A DNA stretch of 24,000 nucleotides, taken from the NCBI GenBank assembly GCA_036676565.1, contig JAKFCP010000011.1:83775-107774 (forward strand), in the 5' to 3' direction. Below the pieces are notes generated by a model. It worked only from the letters and a program-made list of their open reading frames with translations, was not told the DNA's origin and searched no databases. The position numbers were made by a program, and so were the translations under genes. The first letter of the stretch is position 1. Every line of letters starts with the position of its first letter. The DNA comes from Pedobacter sp. Its GTDB lineage: Bacteria; Bacteroidota; Bacteroidia; Sphingobacteriales; Sphingobacteriaceae. Below, piece by piece: positions 16,045 to 23,103 of this stretch.

Positions 16045-16118
16045 GGAGGTCCTGGCCTTCGCCACGAGGACACATCAATTTTAAGAAAACAGGAGATTCC
16101 GGCTCGGAGGCCGGAATC
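16045..16118 (+). repeat. Family D two-hairpin module (GGAGGTCCTGGCCTTCGCCAsGAkGACA ... GGAGATTCCGGCTCGGAGGCCGGAATC)
   Basis: The reverse complement of 23318-23389 matches it over ~74 bp at roughly 85% by eye. Each half is a GC-rich stem-loop. Confidence 0.75.
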
Positions 16119-16178
16119 GGATTGCAATAAATGCTAACAGAAAAGATAGTTTACTAAATCAATTCAGCTGTGCTGGCA

Positions 16179-16204
16179 GATTCCGGCCTTGAGCCGGAAT
16201 CTCC
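16179..16204 (-). repeat. Family D beta hairpin, inverted copy (GATTCCGGCCTTGAGCCGGAATCTCC)
   Basis: It is the reverse-orientation copy of 16092-16118. The stem is ATTCCGGC/GCCGGAAT. Confidence 0.7.
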
Positions 16205-16222
16205 TTTCTCCCACCGATCGAC

Positions 16223-16601
16223 TGTCATGGCGGGCTTGACCCCAATGTCATTATTTAAGTATTCAAGATTTCTGTTTGGTACCGTTATGCCCATTTGCCT
16301 TTTAGAGGCCACATGTCATAACAGATTAGCCGACCCCGAAGGTGGTCGCATGTTTATAGAAAGACCATACAAACCGTTCACCGACCCCGAAGGTGGTCAT
16401 ATGTCTACAATTACCACATACGACCCCCTTCGGGGTCGGGATTATTTCGTTGAAAATTGTTCTATAAACATGTGACCCATTCTGGGTCATCTATAAATAT
16501 GCGGTCTTCTTCTGGGTCGACTAAGAAAATTTCGAATCGAAAGAGCAATCGGCAGGGTTGAACTTAACGTTAACTTAATGACATTGGGCTTGACCCGCCA
16601 C
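16223..16601 (+). repeat. Family D gamma hairpin (TGTCATGGCGGGCTTGACCCGCCAC) split by an insertion
   Basis: The left part 16223-16242 (TGTCATGGCGGGCTTGACCC) and right part 16586-16601 (GGGCTTGACCCGCCAC) share GGGCTTGACCC. Removing the insert and one copy of this duplication rebuilds the 25-nt unit seen intact, in reverse orientation, at 23272-23296. Confidence 0.7.
16243..16585. mobile_element. 343-bp MITE-like non-autonomous foldback element with terminal inverted repeats and apparent target-site duplication
   Basis: The ends are CAATGTCATTATTTAAGT... and ...AACTTAATGACATT; the core AATGTCATTA/TAATGACATT is a perfect 10-bp TIR. The element is flanked by a duplicated GGGCTTGACCC (up to 11 bp; the TSD/TIR boundary is ambiguous). 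The interior is palindromic. Family E units CCGACCCCGAAGGTGGTCrCATGTyTAyAGA lie forward at 16330-16360 and 16381-16409, and reversed at 16417-16439, 16461-16489 and 16490-16520. It has no coding capacity. Confidence 0.65.
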
Positions 16602-16619
16602 CTACCCAATCTCTGTCCA

Positions 16620-16659
16620 TACAGTTCCCAGCGATTTGCAAAATTGATCCATTAACACA
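16620..16659 (+). repeat. Right copy of the ~40-bp direct repeat flanking the repeat block
   Basis: TACAGTTCCCAGCGATTTGCAAAATTGATCCATTAACACA aligns with 15978-16017. Confidence 0.6.
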
Positions 16660-16692
16660 TATCAATCAGCTGCAGTAAACCCCGTCCTTTAA

Positions 16693-17661
16693 TCAACCCC
16701 TTATCTCCCTCCTCATAAACAGGTAATACGCCAGGGCAAAGCAGGCTATTGTAGATGCCAGTAAACCACTTACCTGAGGCCAGACAATCATTAAACTTTC
16801 TTTAAAAGGAAGCGGCGAAGGAATGGCTCCTGCCATTTGTTCCATCGTGATCGGACCGAGGCTGCGTACAGATGGCATCAGCAGGGTAGTTATTCCATCA
16901 GCATACAACTGATTTGGAGCAATGCGCGACAGGTTTAGAATGAGTTCATTGTAATAAACCACCTGAGCCTGAGAGAGAAAATTCGGATCAGGAACAATGG
17001 ATTTTATAATAAGATTGATCACAATCTGGTAAAATACGGTAAAGAATAACCATATTCCAATTGCGACAAGCGCCGAAGTTGCTGCTTGCTTAAAACGGAC
17101 TGACAGGGTAATCGACAGGCTTAACCAGAACGCGACATAGGCTATGGTCAAAGCTATAAAACCTAAGATCCTAAGAAATTCCTCCGGTTCAATGCGTACA
17201 CCGGTTAAGATCAGTCCGCCCCCTATCATCAGCAGGGCCAGGGCGACAAACAGGCTGCTGACAATCACCATCGCACTTGCAAATTTTGCCAGCAAGAGAT
17301 TATCCCGGTACAGAGGCTGTGCCATTAAGCGGATCAAGGTACCGTTATTTTGTTCCGAATTAACCGCATCAAATCCCAGACTGATGCCCAGCAATGGCGC
17401 CAGGAAGCTCAGGAAAACATGGAAGGGAGGAATTGAGTTATCGGTTATAGTGAGCAGCTTAAGGTATAAAAATATACGATCCGGGTCGTTCGTATTGCCT
17501 GTTGCCGGTTTGATATTCGAAAGCGACACATACATCGAAGCAATAAAGGTCAGTAAAATAAGGGCAATAAGAACTGCAAAGCGCCAGCTGCGGATATGAT
17601 CAGCAATTTCCTTATGCACCATCACGCCAAAAGGCTTCCGGGTAGCAGGTTGACTTTTCAT
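16693..17661 (-). CDS. ABC-2 type transporter permease
   Basis: 322 aa with about six hydrophobic helices. Its ATG overlaps the ATPase stop (ATGA at 17661-17658). Confidence 0.8.
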   Translation of the reverse strand: MKSQPATRKPFGVMVHKEIADHIRSWRFAVLIALILLTFIASMYVSLSNIKPATGNTNDPDRIFLYLKLLTITDNSIPPFHVFLSFLAPLLGISLGFDAVNSEQNNGTLIRLMAQPLYRDNLLLAKFASAMVIVSSLFVALALLMIGGGLILTGVRIEPEEFLRILGFIALTIAYVAFWLSLSITLSVRFKQAATSALVAIGIWLFFTVFYQIVINLIIKSIVPDPNFLSQAQVVYYNELILNLSRIAPNQLYADGITTLLMPSVRSLGPITMEQMAGAIPSPLPFKESLMIVWPQVSGLLASTIACFALAYYLFMRREIRG

Positions 17662-18623
17662 GGTTTTGTTTGGTTAATGCTATTGGATTCAAAATACTTT
17701 TGATAGATCTCATCCAGTCCGTAGCTTTTCTGATGTACCCCCAGAATATCATAACCCTTTTCAACTAAAAAGCGAACCAGGGGGGCGGTAAACTCGCGAC
17801 TGCATGTAAATTCTATTTCCTGATCATGGATCATGATTTTCTTAAGAGCATCGAACTGCTTTAATTCGGATTCAAGCGGCCATGGCTGCGGAACAGCCTG
17901 CGCTAAATTAATAGTGGTGACGAATGCATCAGTACCGAATAAACTTTGTGAGAGCGTATCGATATTCCCCTGCGCGAGTAATTTCCCATTGACGAAAATC
18001 CCCACCCGGTCACAAACCTGCTGGACCTGGTGCAGATGATGCGATGAAAGCAGTACGGTAAGTCCCTGTTGTTTACTCAACTGTTTGATCAATGCGAGAA
18101 AATCCCTTACTCCGGCAGGATCAATACCAAGGGTAGGTTCATCCAGAATAATCACCTCGGGATCTTTGATCAGCACATCGGCCAGACCGAGGCGCTGCTT
18201 CATCCCTCTGGAGAAGGTGCCTGTTTTTTTATGCATTGCATCCTTCAGACCCAGCAGTTCCAGAAGTTCGATCGCACGTGCTTTAACCTTATTCTCGGCC
18301 AGGCCATTCAGCCGGCCTATATAGACCAGGTTTTCGAGTGCCGACATCTGGTCGTAGAAGCCCAGATTATCAGGCATGTAACCCACTTTTTTCTTAACTG
18401 CAATCGGGTTATTTGTTGCGTTATATCCGCATACATGGGCTGTACCGCTGCTCGGTTCGGTAAGTCCCAGCATCATTAATATGCTGGTCGTTTTTCCGGC
18501 CCCGTTCGGACCAAGCAAGCCGAAGATCTCAGCTTTCTGGATATCAAGATTCAGATCATCGACCGCTTTAAGGGAACCATAGTGTTTGGTTAAACCCCTG
18601 AGGCTTATGATAGGACTGCTCAT
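17658..18623 (-). CDS. ABC transporter ATP-binding protein
   Basis: 321 aa with Walker A (GPNGAGKTT), signature-like FSRGMKQRLGLA, Walker B (VIILDEPTLGIDP) and H-loop (LLSSHHL). Confidence 0.92.
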   Translation of the reverse strand: MSSPIISLRGLTKHYGSLKAVDDLNLDIQKAEIFGLLGPNGAGKTTSILMMLGLTEPSSGTAHVCGYNATNNPIAVKKKVGYMPDNLGFYDQMSALENLVYIGRLNGLAENKVKARAIELLELLGLKDAMHKKTGTFSRGMKQRLGLADVLIKDPEVIILDEPTLGIDPAGVRDFLALIKQLSKQQGLTVLLSSHHLHQVQQVCDRVGIFVNGKLLAQGNIDTLSQSLFGTDAFVTTINLAQAVPQPWPLESELKQFDALKKIMIHDQEIEFTCSREFTAPLVRFLVEKGYDILGVHQKSYGLDEIYQKYFESNSINQTKP

Positions 18624-18631
18624 ACCGATAT

Positions 18632-19486
18632 TTATCTTCTGCCGTATTTTCGAATCAGATAATAAACTAAGCCTATGGAAAGCAGGATGACTAAAACCCC
18701 TATCCAGCCCGCAAGCAGGGAAGTTTTAACGATCAGCCGGAAAGCTGCTGCAGAATTCGTATTCGTATTTGCCGCTGTAAAGGTAGCTGCATAATCTCCG
18801 GCGATGGTCTTGTCGGGAACCTTTAAAGAAGCGCTCACCTCAATTGATTTTCCGGGCTCCAGCTGCTTGATCTTTGCCGGTTCATAAGATGCTTCCCAGC
18901 CGGAAGGCATTTGGGAGGTCATCTCCACATCGTTTAAGGGAAGTGTCCCGGTGTTTTTCAGGATAAAATTCAGTTTCTTCTGGCTGCCCGAAGTAAGTTC
19001 CTCACTTAACCTTCCGCTCGGGGTACTCAGGCTTAAGCCATAGGAGCCTTTTACGACCGCTTCAATCGTTGTTGATAAGGTTTCGGAAGCGGAGATGGCC
19101 TTAAGCGGGATGATGTACTTTTTTGGAGCAGCAGTTGCGGTCGTATTAATTTCGATCGCAATGTCCTGCACTTTACCGGCATCCATGCTCAGCGAACCCA
19201 CCTGATTTCCCTCCACCCGGTAGGTGATTATCCAGCCTGCCGGTAAATCTGCCTTCAATTCGTAAACACGATTCTCTGCCGAAGCGTTATAAAGGCTGGT
19301 GGTGTACCTGAACGTTTCGTTTGCCGCAGCTTCAATATTCATGAGCTTAGCTGTAAAACTTGATTTACCGCCCTTCCTGATCGCCGTTGGCTGAGCCTGT
19401 AGGTAAAGACTTGAAACAAGCAATAATAAGAGAATTGTCAATTTGCGCAATGCGCTGAAACGAGTAAGTAATAATTGGGATAACAT
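18632..19486 (-). CDS. NEW3/CARDB-like beta-sandwich domain protein with signal peptide and C-terminal membrane anchor
   Basis: 284 aa with an N-terminal signal (LLLLLVSSLYLQAQ). Two repeats of the pattern NTGT.PL..V....P.GW (FILKNTGTLPLNDVEMTSQMPSGWEA; ADLPAGWIITY) and a C-terminal TM helix (LLAGWIGVLVILLSIGLVYYLIRKYGRR) fit COG1470/NEW3-type proteins that accompany ABC-2 exporters. It ends 8 nt upstream of the ATPase gene. Confidence 0.7.
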   Translation of the reverse strand: MLSQLLLTRFSALRKLTILLLLLVSSLYLQAQPTAIRKGGKSSFTAKLMNIEAAANETFRYTTSLYNASAENRVYELKADLPAGWIITYRVEGNQVGSLSMDAGKVQDIAIEINTTATAAPKKYIIPLKAISASETLSTTIEAVVKGSYGLSLSTPSGRLSEELTSGSQKKLNFILKNTGTLPLNDVEMTSQMPSGWEASYEPAKIKQLEPGKSIEVSASLKVPDKTIAGDYAATFTAANTNTNSAAAFRLIVKTSLLAGWIGVLVILLSIGLVYYLIRKYGRR

Positions 19487-19623
19487 GATCTAACCACTAA
19501 AATGTTAAATAATAGCCTTCAAAAAATGTCTTAATTAAATGTTTTTTATTTTTCTAAAATGATGGTTCAAATAAAAAAAGCCGGACAAAAATTTCAAATA
19601 GTTTTAACATTTTTTAACAAATC

Positions 19624-19662
19624 GGGGTGTTGGGGAGGAAGGGATGGAAAGGGTTTGTGGGG
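19624..19662 (+). other. G-quadruplex-type motif (five G3-4 tracts, loops 4-7 nt)
   Basis: The sequence is GGGGtgttGGGGaggaaGGGatggaaaGGGtttgtGGGG. It lies 138-176 nt upstream of the NEW3/ABC operon start codon, on the opposite strand, in an otherwise AT-rich region. Confidence 0.4.
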
Positions 19663-19728
19663 TTATGATTTTGAATGTTGAGGGAGGAGGTCATTAGGAA
19701 TAAAGTCTTTAACTGATGAATTATAAAC

Positions 19729-19789
19729 GAGTCTGAAGACTCTTGTTCATTTAATAATCTGTAGAGCGCTGCGCTAACTCTACGGACAG
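19729..19789 (-). repeat. Family A composite repeat, inverted orientation
   Basis: GAGTCtgaaGACTC, then TTGTTCATTTAATAAT, then CTGTAGAGcgctgcgctaaCTCTACGG, then ACAG. It is the reverse complement of the consensus seen at 20218-20276 and 23104-23171, and is about 85% identical to 20363-20420. Confidence 0.8.
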
Positions 19790-19797
19790 ATGCGTAT

Positions 19798-20054
19798 CGC
19801 TCAATAGGGCCCGCCTTTAGGCGGGTTGTAATCGGCGTAATTCCATTCGGGCCAGTCCGAACGGAGTTCATCCGGGCGGGCTTCAGCCCCACATATAGCA
19901 GGTTAGAAAATAAGGTAAACCGGTGCTTCAGCGCCGTAAACATTTAATCGGGCTGAAGCCCGATGCGGGTGTTCCGGTATAAACGGATTATTTTGGGCTG
20001 AAGCCTGGAATATCCGCCTTGTTTACCCCGCTTAAAAGCGGGGTCTATTGAGCG
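19798..20054. mobile_element. 257-bp foldback (MITE-like) element bounded by inverted CGCTCAATAG-GnCCCGC-TTTwA-GCGGG termini
   Basis: 19798-19825 (CGCTCAATAGGGCCCGCCTTTAGGCGGG) matches the reverse complement of 20026-20054 (CGCTCAATAGACCCCGCTTTTAAGCGGGG). Similarity continues inward for ~20 nt (GTAATCGGCGTAATTCCA versus GTAAACAAGGCGGATATTCCA). The interior has four GCTTCAGC/GCTGAAGC mini-hairpins, two in each orientation (19878-19889, 19922-19935, 19949-19962, 19995-20008). No clear target duplication is visible. Confidence 0.6.
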
Positions 20055-20175
20055 AGTGCGCTAAAAGCGGGGCTTGCTTTTTGAAAGGATATTTTTAAAC
20101 ATTTTATTTTAACCGAACACCAGTGACTTGGAGTCATCAGATAAGTTTAATAGCTGTTGTACAGTTTTAGCCCAG

Positions 20176-20276
20176 CTCCTCTACGAAGTGGCCAATGATG
20201 ACGTTCTTCTGGCCCCACTGTAGAGTTAGCGCAGCGCTCTACGGATTGTCCAATGATGAGGTTCTTCTGACTCCTC
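20176..20276 (+). repeat. Family A: partial unit (20176-20217) followed by a full unit (20218-20276)
   Basis: CTGTAGAGttagcgcagcgCTCTACGG, then ATTGTCCAATGATGAGGTTCttctGACTCCTC. It is preceded by the truncated copy CTCTACGAAGTGGCCAATGATGACGTTCTTCTGGCCCC. Confidence 0.8.
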
Positions 20277-20362
20277 CCAGAGGAAAATAACACTTCTTCA
20301 TATTTAAGGACAAAATATACTAGTTAGTAATAATGAATAACCTGATTATTTTAATTGTTAGC

Positions 20363-20420
20363 GAGTCTGAAGACTCTTGTCATTTAATAATCCGTAGAGC
20401 GCTAAGCTTAAATCGGACAG
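20363..20420 (-). repeat. Family A composite repeat, inverted orientation, degenerate stem
   Basis: GAGTCtgaaGACTC, then TTGTCATTTAATAATCCGTAGAGCGCTAAGCTTAAATCGGACAG. It aligns with 19729-19789. Confidence 0.75.
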
Positions 20421-20435
20421 ATGAGTTTTATCAAT

Positions 20436-20466
20436 GTCCACAGAATTAAGCGAAGCCCTATGATTC
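20436..20466 (+). repeat. Family A fragment abutting the stop codon of the PAS sensor gene
   Basis: GTCCACAGAATTAAGCGAAGCCCTATGATTC aligns with 8829-8862 (TCCGTAGACTTAAGCGAAGCGTGTCTACGGATTC). It ends 5 nt from the stop codon at 20471-20473. Confidence 0.6.
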
Positions 20467-20470
20467 TAAA

Positions 20471-22477
20471 TCATTCAAATAAATTATCACGCTTATTAAT
20501 CTCAGATGACACATCTATACTCAGTTTTGTTTCAAGCCTTTTCTGGTTATAGGCAGTGTTCAATTCACCCACAAACTTGTCCATTTCCTGTGAAATGAGA
20601 TACAGCTTTTTTGAAATTTCTTTAATCTCAGTTTCACTAAGATTACTGTCAAAAATCAATTGTGTCATACCCAGCATACTGGCAATTGGTCGGCGGATAA
20701 TATGTCCGATATCAAAAATAATTTGTTCTATTGAAGCAAGGTAATCAACAATTGGGGTAATATCAGTTGAGGCGCCATACCAAAGGACTCTTCCGCTAAG
20801 GTCTTTTTCAGGTGTGGCCTGCATCCATCGCCACCTGATGTGACCATTTACAATAACACGGTATTGAACACTAACGGCACTCTGTGTCCTATATGCCTCT
20901 TTCATGGCATTAGTAAATTTTGCTTTATCGTTCTTATAATACTTAGCATTTACGATTGACCGACGTTCTTTGAGATCCCCGGCCTCATAGATCTCCTTAT
21001 CGGTTTCTGAACCATGGCTCATAAAAAGTATGTTTATGTCTCCATTTTCTGCTATTTCAAACATATAGGTATTACCGGGAATCTGACTGGTTACTTTTCT
21101 TAATAACTCTTCGCTTCGCTTAATTTTTTCTTCTGATTCTTTACGTTCGGTAATATCATGGTTGATAGAAAGAAACTGGTAAATTTTCCGGTTCTCATCT
21201 AAAAAAGGAACGATCGTAGTATCTACCCAGTACAAACTACCATCTTTTGCTCTGTTGCAAAATTCCCCTTTAAAAGGTTTGCCCCCTTCCATCGCAATTC
21301 CTAACTCATCGAAATATTCGGATGGGTGATATCCAGACCATAGAATACTATGATTTTGTCCTTTTAATTCATCGCAGGTATATTTACTGATCTTACTAAA
21401 GTTTTCATTTGCAAAGGAGAACAATCCGGAACTATCTGAAATGGAAACACTGTATCCAATATCCAATGCGTATTTATAATCTTTCAGCTCTGCACTTTGT
21501 TCTCTGCGTTCAATAGCTATTTTAATCATTTCAACCAGCATGCTGATTAAACTTCGCTCTTCTTTCAAAAAGGGGCCCTCATCGCTTTTGGGCATTAATT
21601 GCGAATAACCTACTTCAATAGATATAATGGTTCCTTTGGATGTTTTTCCCTCCGCTCTTTGGCAGGACATACATGGTTTATAATTATCTGAGGTAAATAT
21701 GGTTCCATCCACAGTTATACGGGCCGAAGCAATTTCAGGATATTGCCAGCCTCCCGGAATAATTTTGGCAAGCTCCCGAAACAATAATTCTGATGCTGTA
21801 TCTTCATCCTGCAATATTTTGTTAACATTATAGAGTGTTTTAAGCTCTTTTACTCTTTCCTTAAGGTCGGATACAGTTTGGTCTTTTTCCTTTTCGGCTT
21901 CCTCTCTCTTTATAATTTCACGCTGCAGTGCCTTTAAACCGGTATGTAAATGATTGGTGGCGTAATATTGCAGGGCAAGTATGGTCCCGAATGGGATAAA
22001 GGCAGCTATCCACCTGGTAATGGGGGTATGTACCACTGTAGGATGAGGTAAACTGCCAATCATCTCCATATAAGCCATCCCAAAATCTGCAGCAATCGTT
22101 AGTATGCCAAAAATCAATCCTCCGCGCCAGCCTAAAAGGAACCCGGCAGTTAAAATCACACTCGTTTGAGATAAAATACCTGGCGCATTTATTCCCCCTG
22201 CCGAATAACAGGTAACTGTAATGTATAACCACACAAAAATTGTAAGCGACCAGCTTGCCGTGCGTATATAACCGAGTTTATTTAAAGTCAGATGGAAGCC
22301 CGCTATAAATAAGGAAATGCCTAAAAATAATAACCACCTTGACCATAAATCAGGGAAAAAATAAAAGCCAAGTGATACAGTTAAGCCGGTAACAACAGAC
22401 CAAAGAATTGTAAGAACAAATACCATATAACTTTGGTAATTCTTCTCTTTGTCGGGCATATAAAATAAAGATGTCAT
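20471..22477 (-). CDS. Membrane-bound PAS sensor with HisKA-like H-box but no HATPase_c catalytic domain
   Basis: 668 aa. The N-terminal ~170 aa are polytopic membrane domain, followed by a coiled coil (EEAEKEKDQTVSDLKERVKELK), a putative sensory domain and two PAS/PAC modules. The H-box-like segment is IFDIGHIIRRPIASMLGMTQLI. The ORF stops about 95 aa later and contains no N/G1/G2 boxes. Confidence 0.8.
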   Translation of the reverse strand: MTSLFYMPDKEKNYQSYMVFVLTILWSVVTGLTVSLGFYFFPDLWSRWLLFLGISLFIAGFHLTLNKLGYIRTASWSLTIFVWLYITVTCYSAGGINAPGILSQTSVILTAGFLLGWRGGLIFGILTIAADFGMAYMEMIGSLPHPTVVHTPITRWIAAFIPFGTILALQYYATNHLHTGLKALQREIIKREEAEKEKDQTVSDLKERVKELKTLYNVNKILQDEDTASELLFRELAKIIPGGWQYPEIASARITVDGTIFTSDNYKPCMSCQRAEGKTSKGTIISIEVGYSQLMPKSDEGPFLKEERSLISMLVEMIKIAIERREQSAELKDYKYALDIGYSVSISDSSGLFSFANENFSKISKYTCDELKGQNHSILWSGYHPSEYFDELGIAMEGGKPFKGEFCNRAKDGSLYWVDTTIVPFLDENRKIYQFLSINHDITERKESEEKIKRSEELLRKVTSQIPGNTYMFEIAENGDINILFMSHGSETDKEIYEAGDLKERRSIVNAKYYKNDKAKFTNAMKEAYRTQSAVSVQYRVIVNGHIRWRWMQATPEKDLSGRVLWYGASTDITPIVDYLASIEQIIFDIGHIIRRPIASMLGMTQLIFDSNLSETEIKEISKKLYLISQEMDKFVGELNTAYNQKRLETKLSIDVSSEINKRDNLFE

Positions 22478-22634
22478 GAGATAATTTTTTAATAATTTGA
22501 TCTCAATTCATTGTCTGATCACAATTAAGAATTGCGAATATCCTTTAATCTTCCTTAAATATGCTGATTCTGATCATAATTACCTAGCGAAAACTGTATA
22601 GGCTAATAAGAATTCGTGTTGAATAGCAAGTGTT

Positions 22635-22688
22635 TCTAGCCTTAAGCGAAGTGGATTTATGATGATGAGGAGTCAGAAGACTCCTCAT
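22635..22688 (+). repeat. Family A, degenerate first hairpin + intact second hairpin (ATGAGGAGTC-agaa-GACTCCTCAT)
   Basis: TCTAGCCTTAAGCGAAGTGGATTTATGATG, followed by a perfect 10-bp stem at 22665-22688. Confidence 0.7.
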
Positions 22689-22826
22689 TGAAACAAAATA
22701 CTTCCTAATGTGAAAGGTTAATAATTTTAAAGGGCGGTTATAATGTCTTAACGTGGTTATTTTTAATGCAAACGAGTCTGTCCCTTATGTACAGGAGAAC
22801 ATTTCATAATCCGTCCAAAAGAAAGA

Positions 22827-23036
22827 TCAGGCTGACCTTTGTGAAGCCATAATTCTTTTCTCCATTTGCCTCAGTTTCTGATCATTTCTCGCATTCATTC
22901 TCGAAACAACTGCCCAGATAGCAGCAGGCAGCCACCCTATCAATGTGATTTGGAGAATCAGACAGAGAATACCAGCGAAGATCTTACCCCGGAAGAAGAA
23001 TGATAGCCAGGGTACCAGAATTGCAATTAAAATCAT
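22827..23036 (-). CDS. Small two-helix membrane protein, YqaE/Pmp3-like
   Basis: 69 aa. ILIAILVPWLSFFFRGK...LILQITLIGWLPAAIWAVV resembles the Pmp3/YqaE two-TM pattern, followed by a basic C-terminal tail. The call rests on architecture only. Confidence 0.5.
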   Translation of the reverse strand: MILIAILVPWLSFFFRGKIFAGILCLILQITLIGWLPAAIWAVVSRMNARNDQKLRQMEKRIMASQRSA

Positions 23037-23103
23037 AAATATTTCATCTTAATTATATAAACCTATTTGAAGGTAATAAATATTATTACTACCGGAAAGT
23101 GCC

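Noticed and set aside
16170-16475. 101-aa ORF in the six-frame track
   Set aside because: It is assembled entirely from family D and E hairpin repeats and the foldback insertion. The peptide contains reiterated DPEGG from the repeated CCGACCCCGAAGGTGG unit, the first codon is GTG, and it has no coding-like context. It is spurious.
16525-16545. tRNA-like TTCGAATC (T-loop-like) string
   Set aside because: There is no acceptor stem, D-arm or anticodon arm around it, and it lies inside the foldback element. It is not a tRNA.
17144-18479. Several 68-151-aa ORFs antisense to the ABC permease and ATPase genes (17144-17599, 17833-18039, 18069-18479, 18085-18324)
   Set aside because: They are shadow ORFs opposite well-supported genes that carry clear family motifs. 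The same reasoning applies to other antisense or alternate-frame ORFs in the track: 865-1083, 1080-1274, 3522-3716, 4059-4250, 5133-5327, 5260-5442, 6160-6360, 6979-7299, 7918-8145, 8969-9175, 9726-10029, 10283-10549, 10491-11230, 12761-13015, 14042-14496, 20556-20744 and 21918-22232.
19614-19943. 109-aa ORF on the minus strand
   Set aside because: It reads through the G-rich tract, a family A copy and half of the 19798-20054 foldback element. The GLKPARM and RLKAGPI peptides come from the GCTGAAGC and GGCGGG hairpins. It is a repeat artefact.
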